In this document: in pieces, positions 20,428-34,670 of the stretch
How the letters are laid out: each line of letters starts with the position of its first letter
Position numbering within the stretch: position 1 is the stretch's first letter
Assembly (NCBI RefSeq): GCF_006345805.1
Contig: NC_043008.1
Coordinates: forward strand, 57,722,001 to 57,786,000
Reading direction: 5' to 3'
DNA: 64,000 nt
Origin: Octopus sinensis
Taxonomy: Eukaryota
Notes under the pieces: generated by a model
The model's input: the letters and a program-made list of their open reading frames with translations, nothing else
Database searches by the model: none
Told to the model about the DNA's origin: nothing
Position numbers and translations under genes: made by a program

Positions 20428-23400
20428 GCAAAGACATTAGATTATGAAGTCCTAGATACTCTAAGCCTGAAATTAAGATGTGGTTGCTTTAGGTTGAACT
20501 CCATTGATAAGTTTATTCCATGAAAAGCAAAGTGTGGCTAAACAACAATAGTAATAATATGATTTGGACAACATCCATTGCTGTAAAATCATGCTATTAC
20601 TTTGACAAAACATATTGAAATAGTGACACTCAGTAAACAACCTACAAATACTGCACACAGTTATGGCATTAAGAGAATTCCACTAAAAAAATCCCCAACA
20701 AACCATCATCAATAAAAATTTATATTGCACTGACGGCAAATGAAAGGTTACACACACAAAACAGCAACTTTAAGTCCCAGTTAAAGAATAAACAGGATTA
20801 CAATATAGATTTAGGATACCTTCGGAAGTTCAAACAAACGCATTAGAAAAAGTTTAAGATATATACACTTGAAGCATTCCAAAAAAAAGCATTAGTAACA
20901 ACTGAAACAGACAAAGCAATAAAAGCCAGGAGTTAATTTCAAAATAGCACACTTAGAGCTAAACAAAGACAAAACAATCTCAAGAAAAGAGACATAAACA
21001 GAAAAAAAAAATTGGCAAGCATTCCCATTAACTCTAAAACAAAACAAACAGCAATTTCCTATAAAGCAATTAGTTATATCAATAACTCCAAGGCTGCATA
21101 CCACATAGCCATAGAATAACACTAAAATAAACATCAAAAGCAAGTATTCTTATCAAACTATTTTCTGAAATTAGGCATCAAAACCTGCAGGAATAACACA
21201 AAAATGCCACATATATACCTTCCACAGAGATCATGTTTCATCCCAATACACTAGGGATACATAATCAACAATACATTGAGCATGAATATATATATATATA
21301 TATGTAAACCTACTTAGGCATCATTCCCAAAACTAACAAATTCCTAAATTATAGAAATGTAAGAGAAATGACTACAATTATACAAAACAGAAACCCACTG
21401 AATCACTTTACTAGACCAACTAACCAATCTGCAATACTTATTCTCAAAGATTACTTCTCTTTAATTTCATTGGCCTCTGTAATAAACAGGATTTTTAACT
21501 TGATACTTGATAATAGGATGCAATATAATAAATATTTAACTGCCACAGACATCTGTAACTTGATTCACTTAAAATCTAATCAATCACTCTCCATGATGTA
21601 CAGTCAACAACTTAAAAAGAGTAGTGGTTTCCTAAAAATGAAGAAACAAAAAAGCCACCAGATTCTGTCTTTGTTCTTAGACAACTGCCCCCACCCCACC
21701 CCGCCTCCCAACCCACAAATGCGTGTGTAATATCTCCATCGCAACAACTATTTAGTAGAGCAAATACACTGTGTGATATGTTAAAGTACAATTGTTGGGA
21801 AAGCAACCTTCCGTTGCTCAGTAAATATACCAGCACGTACGCCTGTGTTACTTTACAACATTCAAAGCTTAGAACCCTTGTAAAAAAAATACCACAAACA
21901 TATGAAAAGGAAATGCCAAACAATCTTTAAATTATGTGCAAGGAGGGGGAAAAAATGAGTATAATGTATTAATTTGTCAGTGTTCCATTTGGCTTTCGTA
22001 TGGAGTTTGAAAACTGTGGTTTGTGTGAATATATTAAGGAATGAGAATTCTAAATAGAATATTTAAAATGAACTACTTGTCTAAAACTGTTTATTTAGCC
22101 AACCACTGGAAAATCTTTGCTGCTAATACAAATCTTAGAATACACTTGACTCAAAAGTTAAGATGGGTTGTAGCTTGTAAGAGATAACAATGTCTTTATT
22201 ATTACGCAATTTCAAATTGCTTGACTTCACCAGACAGAAGTCATATTTCTTATTCTTAATGTTCATCTCCTTATATTATGCTATTTTTATGGAATCGAGA
22301 AAGAAAAAAAAAAGAAGAGTAAAAGCAATAAGACTCGACAAGTAACAATACAAGAGTAGTTCAGTGGTTTACAGAGCTCACATCCAATCACTGCACAAGA
22401 TTAGAATAAGCAGGAGAAATAAAGCATGAAGGAATAGTGATTAACCCACGCACACACAATCAGGATAATTTCTTATATTCTTGCTACTAACAAAAGAGGC
22501 GGGAACAGGGGGAGAGAGAGAGAGACAGACAGACACTTCATGCTGTAAAATTGTTAAATTTAAAATTTCCTGAGTATTAATACTAAACGTATTTTTTAAT
22601 ATTCTAAATACTTCAATTCCTCTATCATGAAACTGTCTTCAGTTCAGGTGCAGTACGCACACACATTATTCCATTATTCTGTATCAGACTTTTTTTTTTT
22701 TTTTTTTACAGTAAAATAGAATCACATGAAATATTAATTCTGTCTATTCCATTTTTATGAGTAGATACAGGTTTCACAGGAATGTATTCCTCAGTTGACA
22801 ATGCTGATTTATTGGCACAAAATGTTTTATGCCCATTGTTGTAAGCCCATAATGATTGTTTTAACTGATACAAAGAGCTAGACTCAATAGTTTAGATAGA
22901 GCAAATATTGAATTCCAATACAACAGATGTTATGATATTGTTTGTTTGAAGGAATGGCAGTTACAATCCTTGTTATGGTTATCTGAGTCCATGCAAAGGT
23001 GCAGGCATGGCTCTATGGTAAAGAAGTTTACTTCCCAATCAAAGTTTCAAGTCCAGTTCCACTGCATGGCAATTTGGATAAGTATCTTCCATTATAATGG
23101 AAGATCCTGGGTCAACCAAAAGTTTTGTGAATGGATTTGGTAGATGGAAAGTGAAAGAAGCTCATCATGTATGTGTGCATGTGTGAGACTATCATATAAG
23201 TGGTGTCCTTTGCTTCCAATCCTCTGAGACATGTCTGGTCATGAGAAAATATCTCACAAACAGGTGAGATTTGTTGATAGGAAGAGCACCTGGCTATATA
23301 AAATCTGCCTCAACAAAATCCCATTTGACCTATGCAAGCATGGAAAAGTGAATATTAATGATGTGAATCTGTTGAGGATGAATATTGTCCTAACACTGTC

Positions 23401-26199
23401 TGATGTCTCAGATGCCTTTCACGTATTTAAGACTAAGGTTTGATGGAAGATTTGAATTCAAAACTTATGTAAACAAGACATTTGTACTAAAGAGCCAGAG
23501 CCGGTTTCAGCCAGGTTGGTAACGAAAGGGTTAAATCAAATTGAAGGCTGTACAGCTTGCTGAACCTGTAGACTCCAAATTTTGTTTTTGTTTTGTAAAT
23601 AAAACAATTTCAATTATAAGACAATTTCATCATAAGATATGCACAAGAGGAGGAGGAAGAGGATATTCCTGCATGAAATATTGACCCTTTTATTACCAAT
23701 CCACTCCTAAATTACTAACCTACTTGATACTGCCTGTAGTTACCTATTCATATTTGTGCTCTAGTTGTTTTGTTCATTTTTCTACATCATTATCTTTACT
23801 AAAACATTTTTTCTCTTGAAACAAATAGTAGCTTTCTTTTTAGTTGTAGACTCCAAATCCAAAGAATTTTCAAAAGAAAAATCAATGGTAGCAAAAGGAA
23901 AAGGTAATATGTGTAATCAAGTGTTGATTGTATTCAAGTCAGATATTTCAGTTTCCACATTAACATTGTAAACAAGAATTTTTTTCCTGAAGTCAAAATA
24001 GAATAAAAAAATTTATAAAAATATTTCTCTTTGAAAAGTTTCAGCAGAAACCAGACCCAATCAACCTTCTCAAAGACTTGAAATCCATCAATTCTTTTAT
24101 TATTTTTTTCTTTCCTCACTGAATTGTTTCCAACAATAATTGCAGAAATAAAATTACTCCACAGAACATGAACAAAAGGAAGACAAACTTAGTCTTGTAC
24201 ATCCTGAATAAAATTCAGACACTTTCTGCAGTAAATGTTAAGAATCTACTCAAGATTACCAATTACTTAAGCAGAACTAAACCCTTTGATGACACTAGGT
24301 TTCCAACAGCATGGCCAGAATGCAGTTTTTGAAGCTGCTAGCATCTGTATGTATGAGGCAGTAGCAGTACACTAGTACATAAAGAATATTAGGACCCTTT
24401 ATTTAAAATAAGACATCACATGGAAACTGTATAAAGGACATTTAATTCTTATTACTATGAAAGAAAAAAGCCTGTCTATTGACAAGATGGATAGAAAGGT
24501 ATAAGAATTGGATACATTTTCCAGCCATATGTCAAGAAAGCCCACAAGGTAATATGGAAGTAGTGAGGCTTCAAGGTAAACACTGGGTACTACTGTGGTT
24601 TTAGCTTTTGTGAAGAGGTGATGGTGTAAGTCAGCATGGCCTTGGGTAGGATACTGTCTAAATTTAATCACTTCTATAATACAAAAAGGATATTAACTGA
24701 ATATAAAAACATTTAAAGAATCTAATGGTTTAAAGAAAATGTTTTTAGCAAATGCATTGCACAGATAAGAGTCATATTTTCTCTCCATTTGTAAACAAGA
24801 CGATAGAAAATAGCAGTTTGTAAATGGATGAATCAGTATGCAAGACTGTGCCAAGAATGTAATTCAACAGAACACTAGTAGTCAACTGAAATAACTTTCT
24901 ATGGAAGAAATGTTACTTAATTTGTGTATATATGAAATATAAGATTTTATTTTCACATCTACCACATTTTCAATTTTAATTTTACTAATAAGGCCCAGTG
25001 ACAAATCCATTTATATTAAAGAATCTGTGAGTATTGTGCCAATTTATTTCATTTTTCATTTTCTTAAAGTATTTTGATAAATTCCAGTATTTTGTGTTGA
25101 CTTTTAGAATGCACCTGCTATAATTTTCACTCAAGTTCACTTGAAAATAATGTGCATAATTCTATACTACAATTCATTTATACATCCCAGTTGAATATCA
25201 GCTAATAACTAATTTTGCATGGTCATTTAAACAAAATCCAAATAATTTTTATGTTTCACTAAATTCCCTTGCACTTCCTTGTAACTTGAATAGCTTTGGA
25301 ACAAAAATTCTGCAATAAGACTAATGTGAGAAACTTCTTGTGTGTTTTAAATATAAAAAAAAAAAAGTCAATTGTTTTACACCAAGTTCTTTATTTTAGC
25401 ACATATGAAGTGTATTTTCATAAATTCATTAATGAAGGGCTTAAAATGACGCTGTAGGTTTTGGTATATGTACTAGCTTTAAAAAAAAAAAAAAGGTCAA
25501 CACCAAAAATTGCCAGCATCAGTTAACACTATAAATACATCTTTCACTGTATCTTGTTATTGTAAAATTTCCTAAAGACATTTAAAAAATCAAAACTTTT
25601 GTTATAAAACTTTTTAAGTTAAATTTCTTGCAGATGTTTCATGTAAACAACATCATTACAACTGACCCTGCTAAACATGGCTTAGTTTAGTAGGGTAAAT
25701 TTACACATCTGGCAAGAATTATTAACGATGCTATTTTTAGACTACATAAATGTAAGGTGAGTTAACACACATGCTTTAATGCCAAAGATAATTAAAATGT
25801 CAATGAAATTGAATGGCTAAGTTCATATATTTTGGCAGCCCATTTAACTAATGAACAATACAAGTGATAGCTAATCTACAATGAGAAGCTATAACCACCT
25901 TCTAAATGATACTAGATAAGGCGGAAACCTAACTTCTTAACCTTCATTCCAAGCTGCCTGATTCTATGATATAAACTTCCTGTTTTTAAAGTGAACTAAA
26001 TTAAAACCTTCCATGTTAATTTACGTTATATGCTCCAGCTTAATAATGACAAGTTCATTTAGAAAATTGTTCATTATTTTCAGAATTATCTGAAACAAAA
26101 GCAGTGTAATTCAACAGAAATATGGTAAAAAAGGAGTGTTCAACATAAAACATTTTGACCATTTTAAGTTAAGGATTTCCATAGTCCTTTTTATAGATT

Positions 26200-27260
26200 T
26201 TCATTGTCTCTCCAATGCTTTGATGACTTAATCTTCAGGAGACTTGAATGTTTGGTCAATTGTCAAGCTCTCCAGAATCCTGCAACCAGGCTCTGCCTAA
26301 ATAGTTTGGGGATCTGGATCTGTGTAAGTGCTTGTCTCTGTATCTTTCCTCCAGCCATGCTTGCTCTCCTTTGGTAGGCAACATCCTTTCCAACAGAGAG
26401 ATGGATGAAGTTCTGCTACAGTGGAGAGAGGTGGGTTTGTCGGTTCCAGATACAGATGAGGATAGGCAGAAGTAGAGAGGAGACAATCTGCATTTGAGTG
26501 ACACCTTCAACTCTCTCATTGACCAATCTGATTAATTTTCAAAATGTCACCTACTTTCTGCAAGTGAAAAATACTTAGGGGATTGGGTTGATGCCCTGCC
26601 TGTGGCCAACACTGGCAGTCTGTTCAATCTGGATGAACTCTGCATAGCCACTGCACTCAGTGGGAGCCGACATGTGTGTGTATGTGGGGGGGGGGGGGGT
26701 CTGAGCTGTTGCCACGGTAGGCCCCTTGACTCCACGGACTTTCATGGTTTGTTTTGCCACCTAAATGCTGAGTGTTTCACCTGTCACACCAACCTAAAAC
26801 TGATCATTAAGCACTCCCTAGTTGGGGTAAGTATCCTCTCTGTTCTGAAACCAGTGGGATTATTCAGAAGTAATGAGAAGAAACCAGATGGTCTTACATT
26901 TTGTCCCTGGGTAAGAGGTAGGTGCTTCATATGGAACACCAGTCAGTAATTCCTTTGATCCCTTCCACATCCTAGATGTTGCAGTAAACAGATGGGTCAC
27001 TGCTTCTGTAGTCAAATGGGACAAAATCATAAAGTATCGGGGCTTGCTAGTGAACCATTTCTTGTGGCTCATGGCATCTGAGACACTTGGGGTACTGATT
27101 AAAGTTCTTGTCCTTATAAGTGGATTGTCTTACTAAGGTGACAGGTGATGTTCTTGAGGGTGCTTGGTTGTCCCAATGCTTTAGCCTTGCCATCGCCTGC
27201 AGTAACGCTGCAAATGTGTTGGCTTGCTTCAATAAGTTCCGTTGACAGGTTGATGCACTA
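26200..27260 (-). mobile_element. GC-richer island, possibly a heavily decayed L1/Tx1-type LINE ORF2 fragment
   Basis: Broken frames give IVSSLLLPILI..THLSPL*QNFIHL/WKGC and W.K..RQALTQ, weakly resembling Tx1-type ORF2 as I recall it. No clean YADD motif. Confidence 0.3.
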
Positions 27261-29889
27261 AGTGTTGAATTGGGTTTTTTTTCTTTCTTTACACATGATT
27301 ACATTTTCTTTTGTTGTGGATTTATATTTTAATATGGAAATATTTATGTAATTACATTTGCTGTAACAAAACAACTGTTTCATAAATAAAATTCACATAG
27401 ATGAAAAACAATTTCACAAATCTGCATTAAGCAAGCAAATAAAAATGTATAGATACAGAAGATATTTATATACCTGAATATACTATTAATTTTATATTCT
27501 AATAAATTATGCAAACACAGAACAGCTCGCGCAATCAATAAAATGGTCTGCAATAGGAATAACCGCAAATCATTTTGCAAGTCACCAATGAATACTTTTT
27601 GATAATTCACATAATTAAACAAAAGATTTATACAGAAGCAATTTGTTATTGAATAAGTAAATCTGACCAATTAAACAAAATTATGTTCAATTAATTCACA
27701 AGTGTTATTCATACAGGATATTCTGAGATTTTAGAAAATTTCTAAACTATAGAGTAAAAATAGAATAGATATTTCAAGAAGCTCTATTGTCTTTCAACTA
27801 CCTAAACTTAGCATCTGGCTTGTTTAAAATGCCCAGTGATGTTAGGGTTTGCATTCAAAATTGAAATGCACTCAAAATCAATGTACTCCCATTTGACAAA
27901 AACGCTTTTTTTATTCCTCTCTCTAACCATCTCCTATTCTTACAAACTTACCAGCTCACTCTCTTTTACCAATCCTTTACACCACTTCACTTATATACCC
28001 CTCCCTGTAACTTGAATATGTACCCCAACATCATCTTCACCATCTCTCTCCTTTTCTCTACTCTACTTTAAGACACCTGTTTCCATCACTCTATCATACT
28101 CTAACCTCTCATCACTTGGCACAAAGCCATCTCACTCAATACCATTCTCCACCTCAGTTGAGGGGATCTTGTCTTGCTAGTGACCTCGCTGGTGCTGGTA
28201 CCACATAAAAAGTACCAGTATACTCAGTAAAGCAGTTGGCATTAGGAAGGGCATCCAATTGTAGAAGCCATGCCAAGGCAGACAGTAAGGTTTGGTGCAA
28301 CCCTTCAGCTTACCAGCACCTGGCAAACCAACTCATGCCAGCATGGAAAACAGACACGACGACGATATTTTACAAAAAGTATACATATTTAAAGGATTAA
28401 ATAAACTGCAACATTTTTGCTGATATTAAAAAGATTTGTTGTTGAAGAATCAAATGAAAACTTATTTAACTAATAGGTATAAGGAAGAATATATAGAGAA
28501 TACCATTTTATCCAATTACCCTACTACAATGACCAAAATGCACAACTGATTTTCATTGCTGTTATTAATGCCACAACAATTGTTGAAACAGTAACTCTTA
28601 AATTCTTGTGGTGCTTTTCTCAATGTAAACATCCCAATCCTATGAGAATTCTTATGAAAATGCAGCTGGCTCAGTGTAAATGTTTAAATAATGTAACTAT
28701 TACATGGATGTGGATGAAACTTGGTGATAGGGTGTAACAGTTGGTGTACATTGTGAATGTAGTTTTTACATATATTTAGAAGATATCAATTCCTGGGCAC
28801 TGACTTCCCGTCTCAGAAAAATTTGTGCTCCAGTCGTCTCTGTATAACTTGAAAGCTACACAACTCTCATTTGAGACTGCATTCCAAGAAATGTCTTCAT
28901 CTCTTCCACGAATTTCATGAAGTTGAAATTGCTCTATTGTCAGGCATTCTTTATGGTTGTACAGTTCATCCTGACAAAAAAATGCTCACTGGACTTTGTT
29001 TCCAAGTTCAGAGATTTTAATGAAACAATTTGATTCACACCCCTGCTCAAAATCAATAAAACTCATTATCACATCATTTTTGTATATAAATGACACTAAA
29101 ATAGCACAGATTATTTTCTCCAAGTTCAACCTCTCTCTCTCTTTTTTTTTATTAAATCATTCATAAATAACATTACCAATAACTCATCGACATGATGTTC
29201 AATAAGCCGTAAGAATTGTATATGATGTTAACAGGAAATCTTTTGATAAGTTCTTTATAAAAGGAGACAAAACTTTGTTTCTTGGAGAAAGGTGTGCTCA
29301 ACATGTTTTTCAGTCTCAAATAATGATGCATCTTGACTTATAGTTACATGAGAAGGCAGCGAGCTGGCAGAATCATTAGCACATCAGGTGAAATGCTTAG
29401 CAGTATTTCATCTGACTTCACGTTCTGAGTTTAAATGCTGCTCGGTTCAACTGTCTTTCATCCTTTCAGGGTCAAAAAATTAAGTACCAGTTATGCACTG
29501 GGGTTGATGTAATCAACTGGTACCCCTCCTCCCAAATTTCAGCCCTTGTGCCAATAGTAGAAAGGATTATGGTTACATGAGGTTCAGGACTTAACCCTAT
29601 TGATACCAACCTGCCCAAAACTGCTGCTGCTTCTATGATGCAAACTTCAACATAAAGTGATCTAAATTAAAATTTCCCATTAAAGTTCCTTGTTAATTTA
29701 TGTTCCAATTACCAGTTTAGTAATGACCAAGATATTTTACCAAATACTTTATTATTACTAAAATTTATTGAAACAAATGCAATGTAGCTCAATGGAAATA
29801 TAGTAACAAAAGGGGTGAAAGAGGAATGAGGAGATTTTTTAATGGTTTAGTCAGAAGAGCAGATTCAATGACTGGTTGGAGAAAGTTAT

Positions 29890-30135
29890 CTTCAGACTGG
29901 AGGCTTGTCACAAATGCTTTCAACAAGGTGTACTCCATTAAAGGCACTCAAGGCCAGGTGGTTAAACTGAATGACAGATGAAGTCTGCCCCCACCAAAAA
30001 CAAAAATATCTTATGGGCTTCCATACAGTTTGCCCACAAATTAAATTTGAAAAATTTTGGTAAATCCTAAGCTTTTGGAAGAAGACACCTCTACCATTGT
30101 CACACAATGCAATTGAGCTCAAAACTATTTAACCA
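29890..30135 (-). mobile_element. Old SINE relic
   Basis: Degenerate ggtagaggtgtcttct...ggaagcccat...cagacttcatctgtcattcagtttaacc similar to family A/D bodies. Confidence 0.45.
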
Positions 30136-33100
30136 CAAAACCACCTTCATAACCAGTGCCAAAACTTAACTAAAAAAATTAAGTTTAGATCTAGAAAATT
30201 TTCCAACAAAATGTTAATGTGAACTTTGAACATTTGCTCTCTTCACAATAATGTGCTGAGATGATGAAGAGTTGGCATATAACCGAAGTGGCATTGATGA
30301 CGCGTTCAATCTACCTACCTACGCACAAGATTGGATAGCAAAACATTTAAAAATTGTCTGTTCATGTTGACATAGATTGTAAAAAATTTTAACAGAGTAG
30401 CAACAACTCTAAGTATTCTCTGACGAAATCAAAACTATATTGATACGTTGCCTAACTGTTAAAAAAAAAAGAGAAAAAAAAGTACATTATGTATTGGTTG
30501 CTTCACAGGTTTAATTTTTCACGATTTTAACACCTTCGTAAACTAGAGCTTGTCTGAAACACTAAGAATTTTAAGATGAACTTTTTTTTTTTTTTTTTTT
30601 CGCAAGCATTATTATTATTATTATATTTTTTTTTTTTAATCATTAACTGTTATCATGAAAAAATGTAATGTTAAGAAACCAAGTTATCAATTAGAAAATG
30701 ATATCTGTAGCCTGAAGTGTTGAGGATTATTTCGAAACTGCTTGTATAAGGTTTCTTCAGTAAAAGATTGCCGATATGATTTGTATACTTCCAGTTAAGC
30801 AGACAAGTTAGAAAACATTTTTGAAAGCAGAACACAAAAGTGTGCATAGGCAAGAACAACAAATATTTAATTACGAATATGAGTTTTCAAACTTAACCAT
30901 TCTAATATAGAAATATATCACTGTCTCAAACAGAAATAACTACCTACGCACGTTCGGGAGGAAGAGCCAGGTTTGGCTCGACAGATTGAGCCACAAATTT
31001 ACGGCTCAATAAACAGTGAATGGTTTAATATCGAAACATACCATACTACTGTAAGTACAAAGCCTGAGAATTTGGCGGAGAGGCCCAGTTGATTATATCA
31101 ACCTCAGTGCTTAACTGGTACTTGAAAGGATGAAAGGCAAAAATCAACTATGGCAGAATTTTAACTCAAAGAGCCAAAAGAAATACCACTAAGCATTTTG
31201 TTTGGAGTTTTAACACTTCAGCTAGTTCACTCGGCCTTAATGTGAAAAAGAATATTAAAAACGAAAATGAAAAATTAATGAAAATAGTAATTATTGTCTG
31301 AAGAGCTTCAAGCTAATATCGGTTAAACAAGGTGACATCTGTTAATGTTTAGTTCTAGGTCATTACTGGTCAAATAGGCATATGATGAAAGGCATTCCAG
31401 ACATGTTCACTTTTTTCTTTTTTCTTAGTTTATTTAGGACTATATTATCTAATGTGCCCTTTATTTAGGACTATATTATCTAATGTGCCCTTTACTTCTA
31501 AAATGGTAGGGTGCAATTTGAAAGAGTTTTAATAGCAAGTTGAGTGACTATGCAGAGATGATTTGGTCAACAGTACTTCTCTTGTGGATTCTTCTAGCAT
31601 AAACAGCAAATGAAGGTTTGACAATTTGGTGCTGAACAAGCTCTACAGTTGGTTTGTTTATAGCGATGAAACGTTTGTGCTGTACATTAGCACCATCAAG
31701 TCAACATTGCCTGTACGGGTGCACAGTGTGTCACACATCAGATCTTGAAATGATTGCAGGACATTGTGAAATGAAGTGCTTTGCTCAAGAACACAAACAC
31801 ATAACCCAGTCTGGGAATCGAAACCACAACCTTGTGATTGTGAGTGCAACATCCTAACCACTAGGCCATGTGCCCTCAAAACAATACCCAGCACCATCAA
31901 TTTGAATCTTTATTAATATGTCCACAAAACTTAAGTCTTCTAGGATTTGATCTTGCTTTCTCAAGCACTATTAGCCTTTATATAATTACTACAATGTCAC
32001 TTTCTCCATGACACGGTTTCTTATTCTGATGCAGCATCACACTTCAAATATAGAAGCAGAGCCAATACTCACGAGTCTAATATTAGTTTTCAGTATTTAA
32101 CACATGACATTACTTGAAAACTAGCCAATGCTTCAACATAAGACATGGACTATTTCTACTCTGGAACATTGTTAATGTCTTCTGATGTGAAACAATTGAA
32201 TTAAGAACCAAGATAATATTCAATGGGAAATAGCACTTGGCTCCTTTCATTCATTAAATTCTTTAAGAAACAAGATACAGTCACATTTGTTTCTCAATGT
32301 GAGTGCTTTCTTTTGATATTTTTTCACCTGTTTGAAGACAGGAAAATAGAACATTTAGTTGGCCAGGTACCAGAGAATTCTGCTTTTTTGCATTAAGATG
32401 TCTGTACATTAACAGATCTTGACTACCATGCAAGAAACATTACATAAAACTGACAAAAACTTAGAGAAAATTGATTAAATAATAGGTAATACACACAGAG
32501 TTTTTTTCCACTCTATAACCATTAACTAAATGCAAGATAGGCAGTTATTTATTATGAAAAATTTACAACGCAAGTGAACCAGACTGTACTATAGATATAC
32601 TTGGAAAAGAAAAAGATCCCAAAACGAATTTGGCAAGGAATCAGAAAACTCATCAAATGCTACCTTGTACAACTTGTTGAAGGTAAATTTTTGTATCTAG
32701 TATGTTTGAGAGCATATTGATAAAACTGAAACATGGAAAGTTAAAATCTCAATCAAATCCAGTGAGCTTTTAAAAAGCATTTATAGCTTTAGCACTTTCA
32801 AATTTGTTGAATAGAAAAACAAAAAGTTCAGTGAGAAAGAAAGAAATATTTAAGTGAACCTATGAAAGTTTAGAGATTTAGTATTCCAGTTTAATATTTT
32901 GTAGCCTTTGAGAACACAGTTTAAAAATGCATTAGATTCAAACCATTACATTGAGAGTTAATTTGCCAGCTTGAAATTGTAGAGAAAAACTAGAATCCGA
33001 TAAAAATACTGGTAACCTGTTTTGGTAAAAGACAGACCAGTGCTAGTTTTGGCAAAAAGTAGTTACAGTTTTTATAACAGATTTTATCATAAGAGATAAA

Positions 33101-33865
33101 GCTGAAGTCATGTAAAGTTTTTTTTTTTTCTAGGTAAATAAATTATTTACTTCAGATATGAATTATCACTAGCAGGATCTGTGAATATTTCATGGAATTA
33201 ATGATAAACTTATTGTATTATTTCTGAAAACTTTATTTTAAAAACCCTGAAAGCATTGCCTGTGTTGTGTCTGTAACAAAAGATAGTCGCTAGTCTGCTA
33301 CTCATTGAAAAATGAAGGATTTTGGAATATGATGATTACTTAATGTACTTTATATATACAATTTATATACTTTACGCACAATTTTATAGACTTAATACAC
33401 AACACTCTCCCTCTTAACCTTACCCTCTTTTTCTCTCATGCGAAAGCATTACAAATGGGCTGAGTAATGGAAGGAAAAAAAATTTAGTTTAAAAAATTAC
33501 ACAATTCACTCACCACCACTTCTCCCTCCCCTTTCAACTAATCATGTGGAAGCGTTATGGATGGACTAAGTAACGGAGTGACAAGCAGTATTATTATAAG
33601 TATAAGATGCTTTCATATAAAAAAGAAACAAAAATTTTTTTACCTTGAACTACCCCTTTAAACATAACTGAAAATTCTTCATAGATGTAGATGTTCAGGT
33701 TAATTACAAAAACACATCTTTAATGTTATTTGTATGCTACTGGAAAAACCAAGTAAAACTATTTTGGGGTTAGGTTTGGAGTAAAGCTTGTAGTGTATCA
33801 CAAAATTTTATTTCAAGTTAATGTGTTGGACTTCAAAATTTTCATTAAATATTTTTCATCTTTAA

Positions 33866-34050
33866 CTCTTTAGCATAACCTGCTATATTCAGCATAAATA
33901 TTCTATGCCCTCCCATATTCAGCATCTCATAACTACCTTACAATCATATCATCATTAAAATCTTGAAGTTATGAGATCATTCAAAATTAGTTCAAAACAA
34001 TGTGAATAAGTAAGCATCACATTTGACAGGGTAATCTGAATGCTAAATGG
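33866..34050. mobile_element. TTAA MITE P1; further copies at ~16395-16565, 40903-41052, 41800-41990, 43020-43244
   Basis: ttaa|CTCTTTAGCAT...ATGCTAAATGG|ttaa and the shared interior ttcaaaacaatgtgaataaataagcattacatttgacag. Confidence 0.8.
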
Positions 34051-34670
34051 TTAAAGGTTTCGTAATGGTTTTTTTATTAATATTAATTTCTCGCACACAC
34101 ACACACAAAAAGAAAAAATGAAAATCATTGCCTTTTAGAAAGTCATAATGGTGTGCACAAGAGCACGCAAAGAATGGCTGGATCTGATTGGCTAAAACTA
34201 GCCACTTATGTAGTTGCACTACCATCTCTAGAAAGGTAAAGTCAACTACACTGACCTTAAATCTTAGTGAAATGTCAAAATACAGTAAAGCTCTTTAGTC
34301 CTGCAATTCAAACTGCCAGCCATGTTTATCACATTCATCTTTCACAGTAAACAGTACCAAAACAGTAACAAGACCAATTTTTCTAATATAGTCAGTCACT
34401 TGATCAAATTCTACATTACGGGTAGTAACAACTCATCAATTCAGAAGAGATTAACAACAAAGCTAGTCCACTTAATTCACTAGTCTTACTACTATAATTC
34501 CAAGATATACTACAGAATGCAGATAAGCTAACAGCAAGCTAATAACTGCCATGCAATTGTGAAACTTCATTCACATAATACTGTCTTGAAAAGTGCATAA
34601 ACATCACAAAATCCATCCCCTGTCCCCCATGTGTTCTTCCCCACCAAAAGAATATAAAGCTTTCTATCAT

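Noticed and set aside
24399-24671. Minus-strand ORF QYPTQGHADLHHH... as an extra ZFR exon
   Set aside because: Weak splice sites and no similarity to ZFR beyond composition.
30258-30330. C-box-like GATGATGA here, and AATGATG...CTGA at ~52088-52150, as C/D snoRNAs
   Set aside because: Missing D box or imperfect C box, no terminal stem, and antisense to the host gene.
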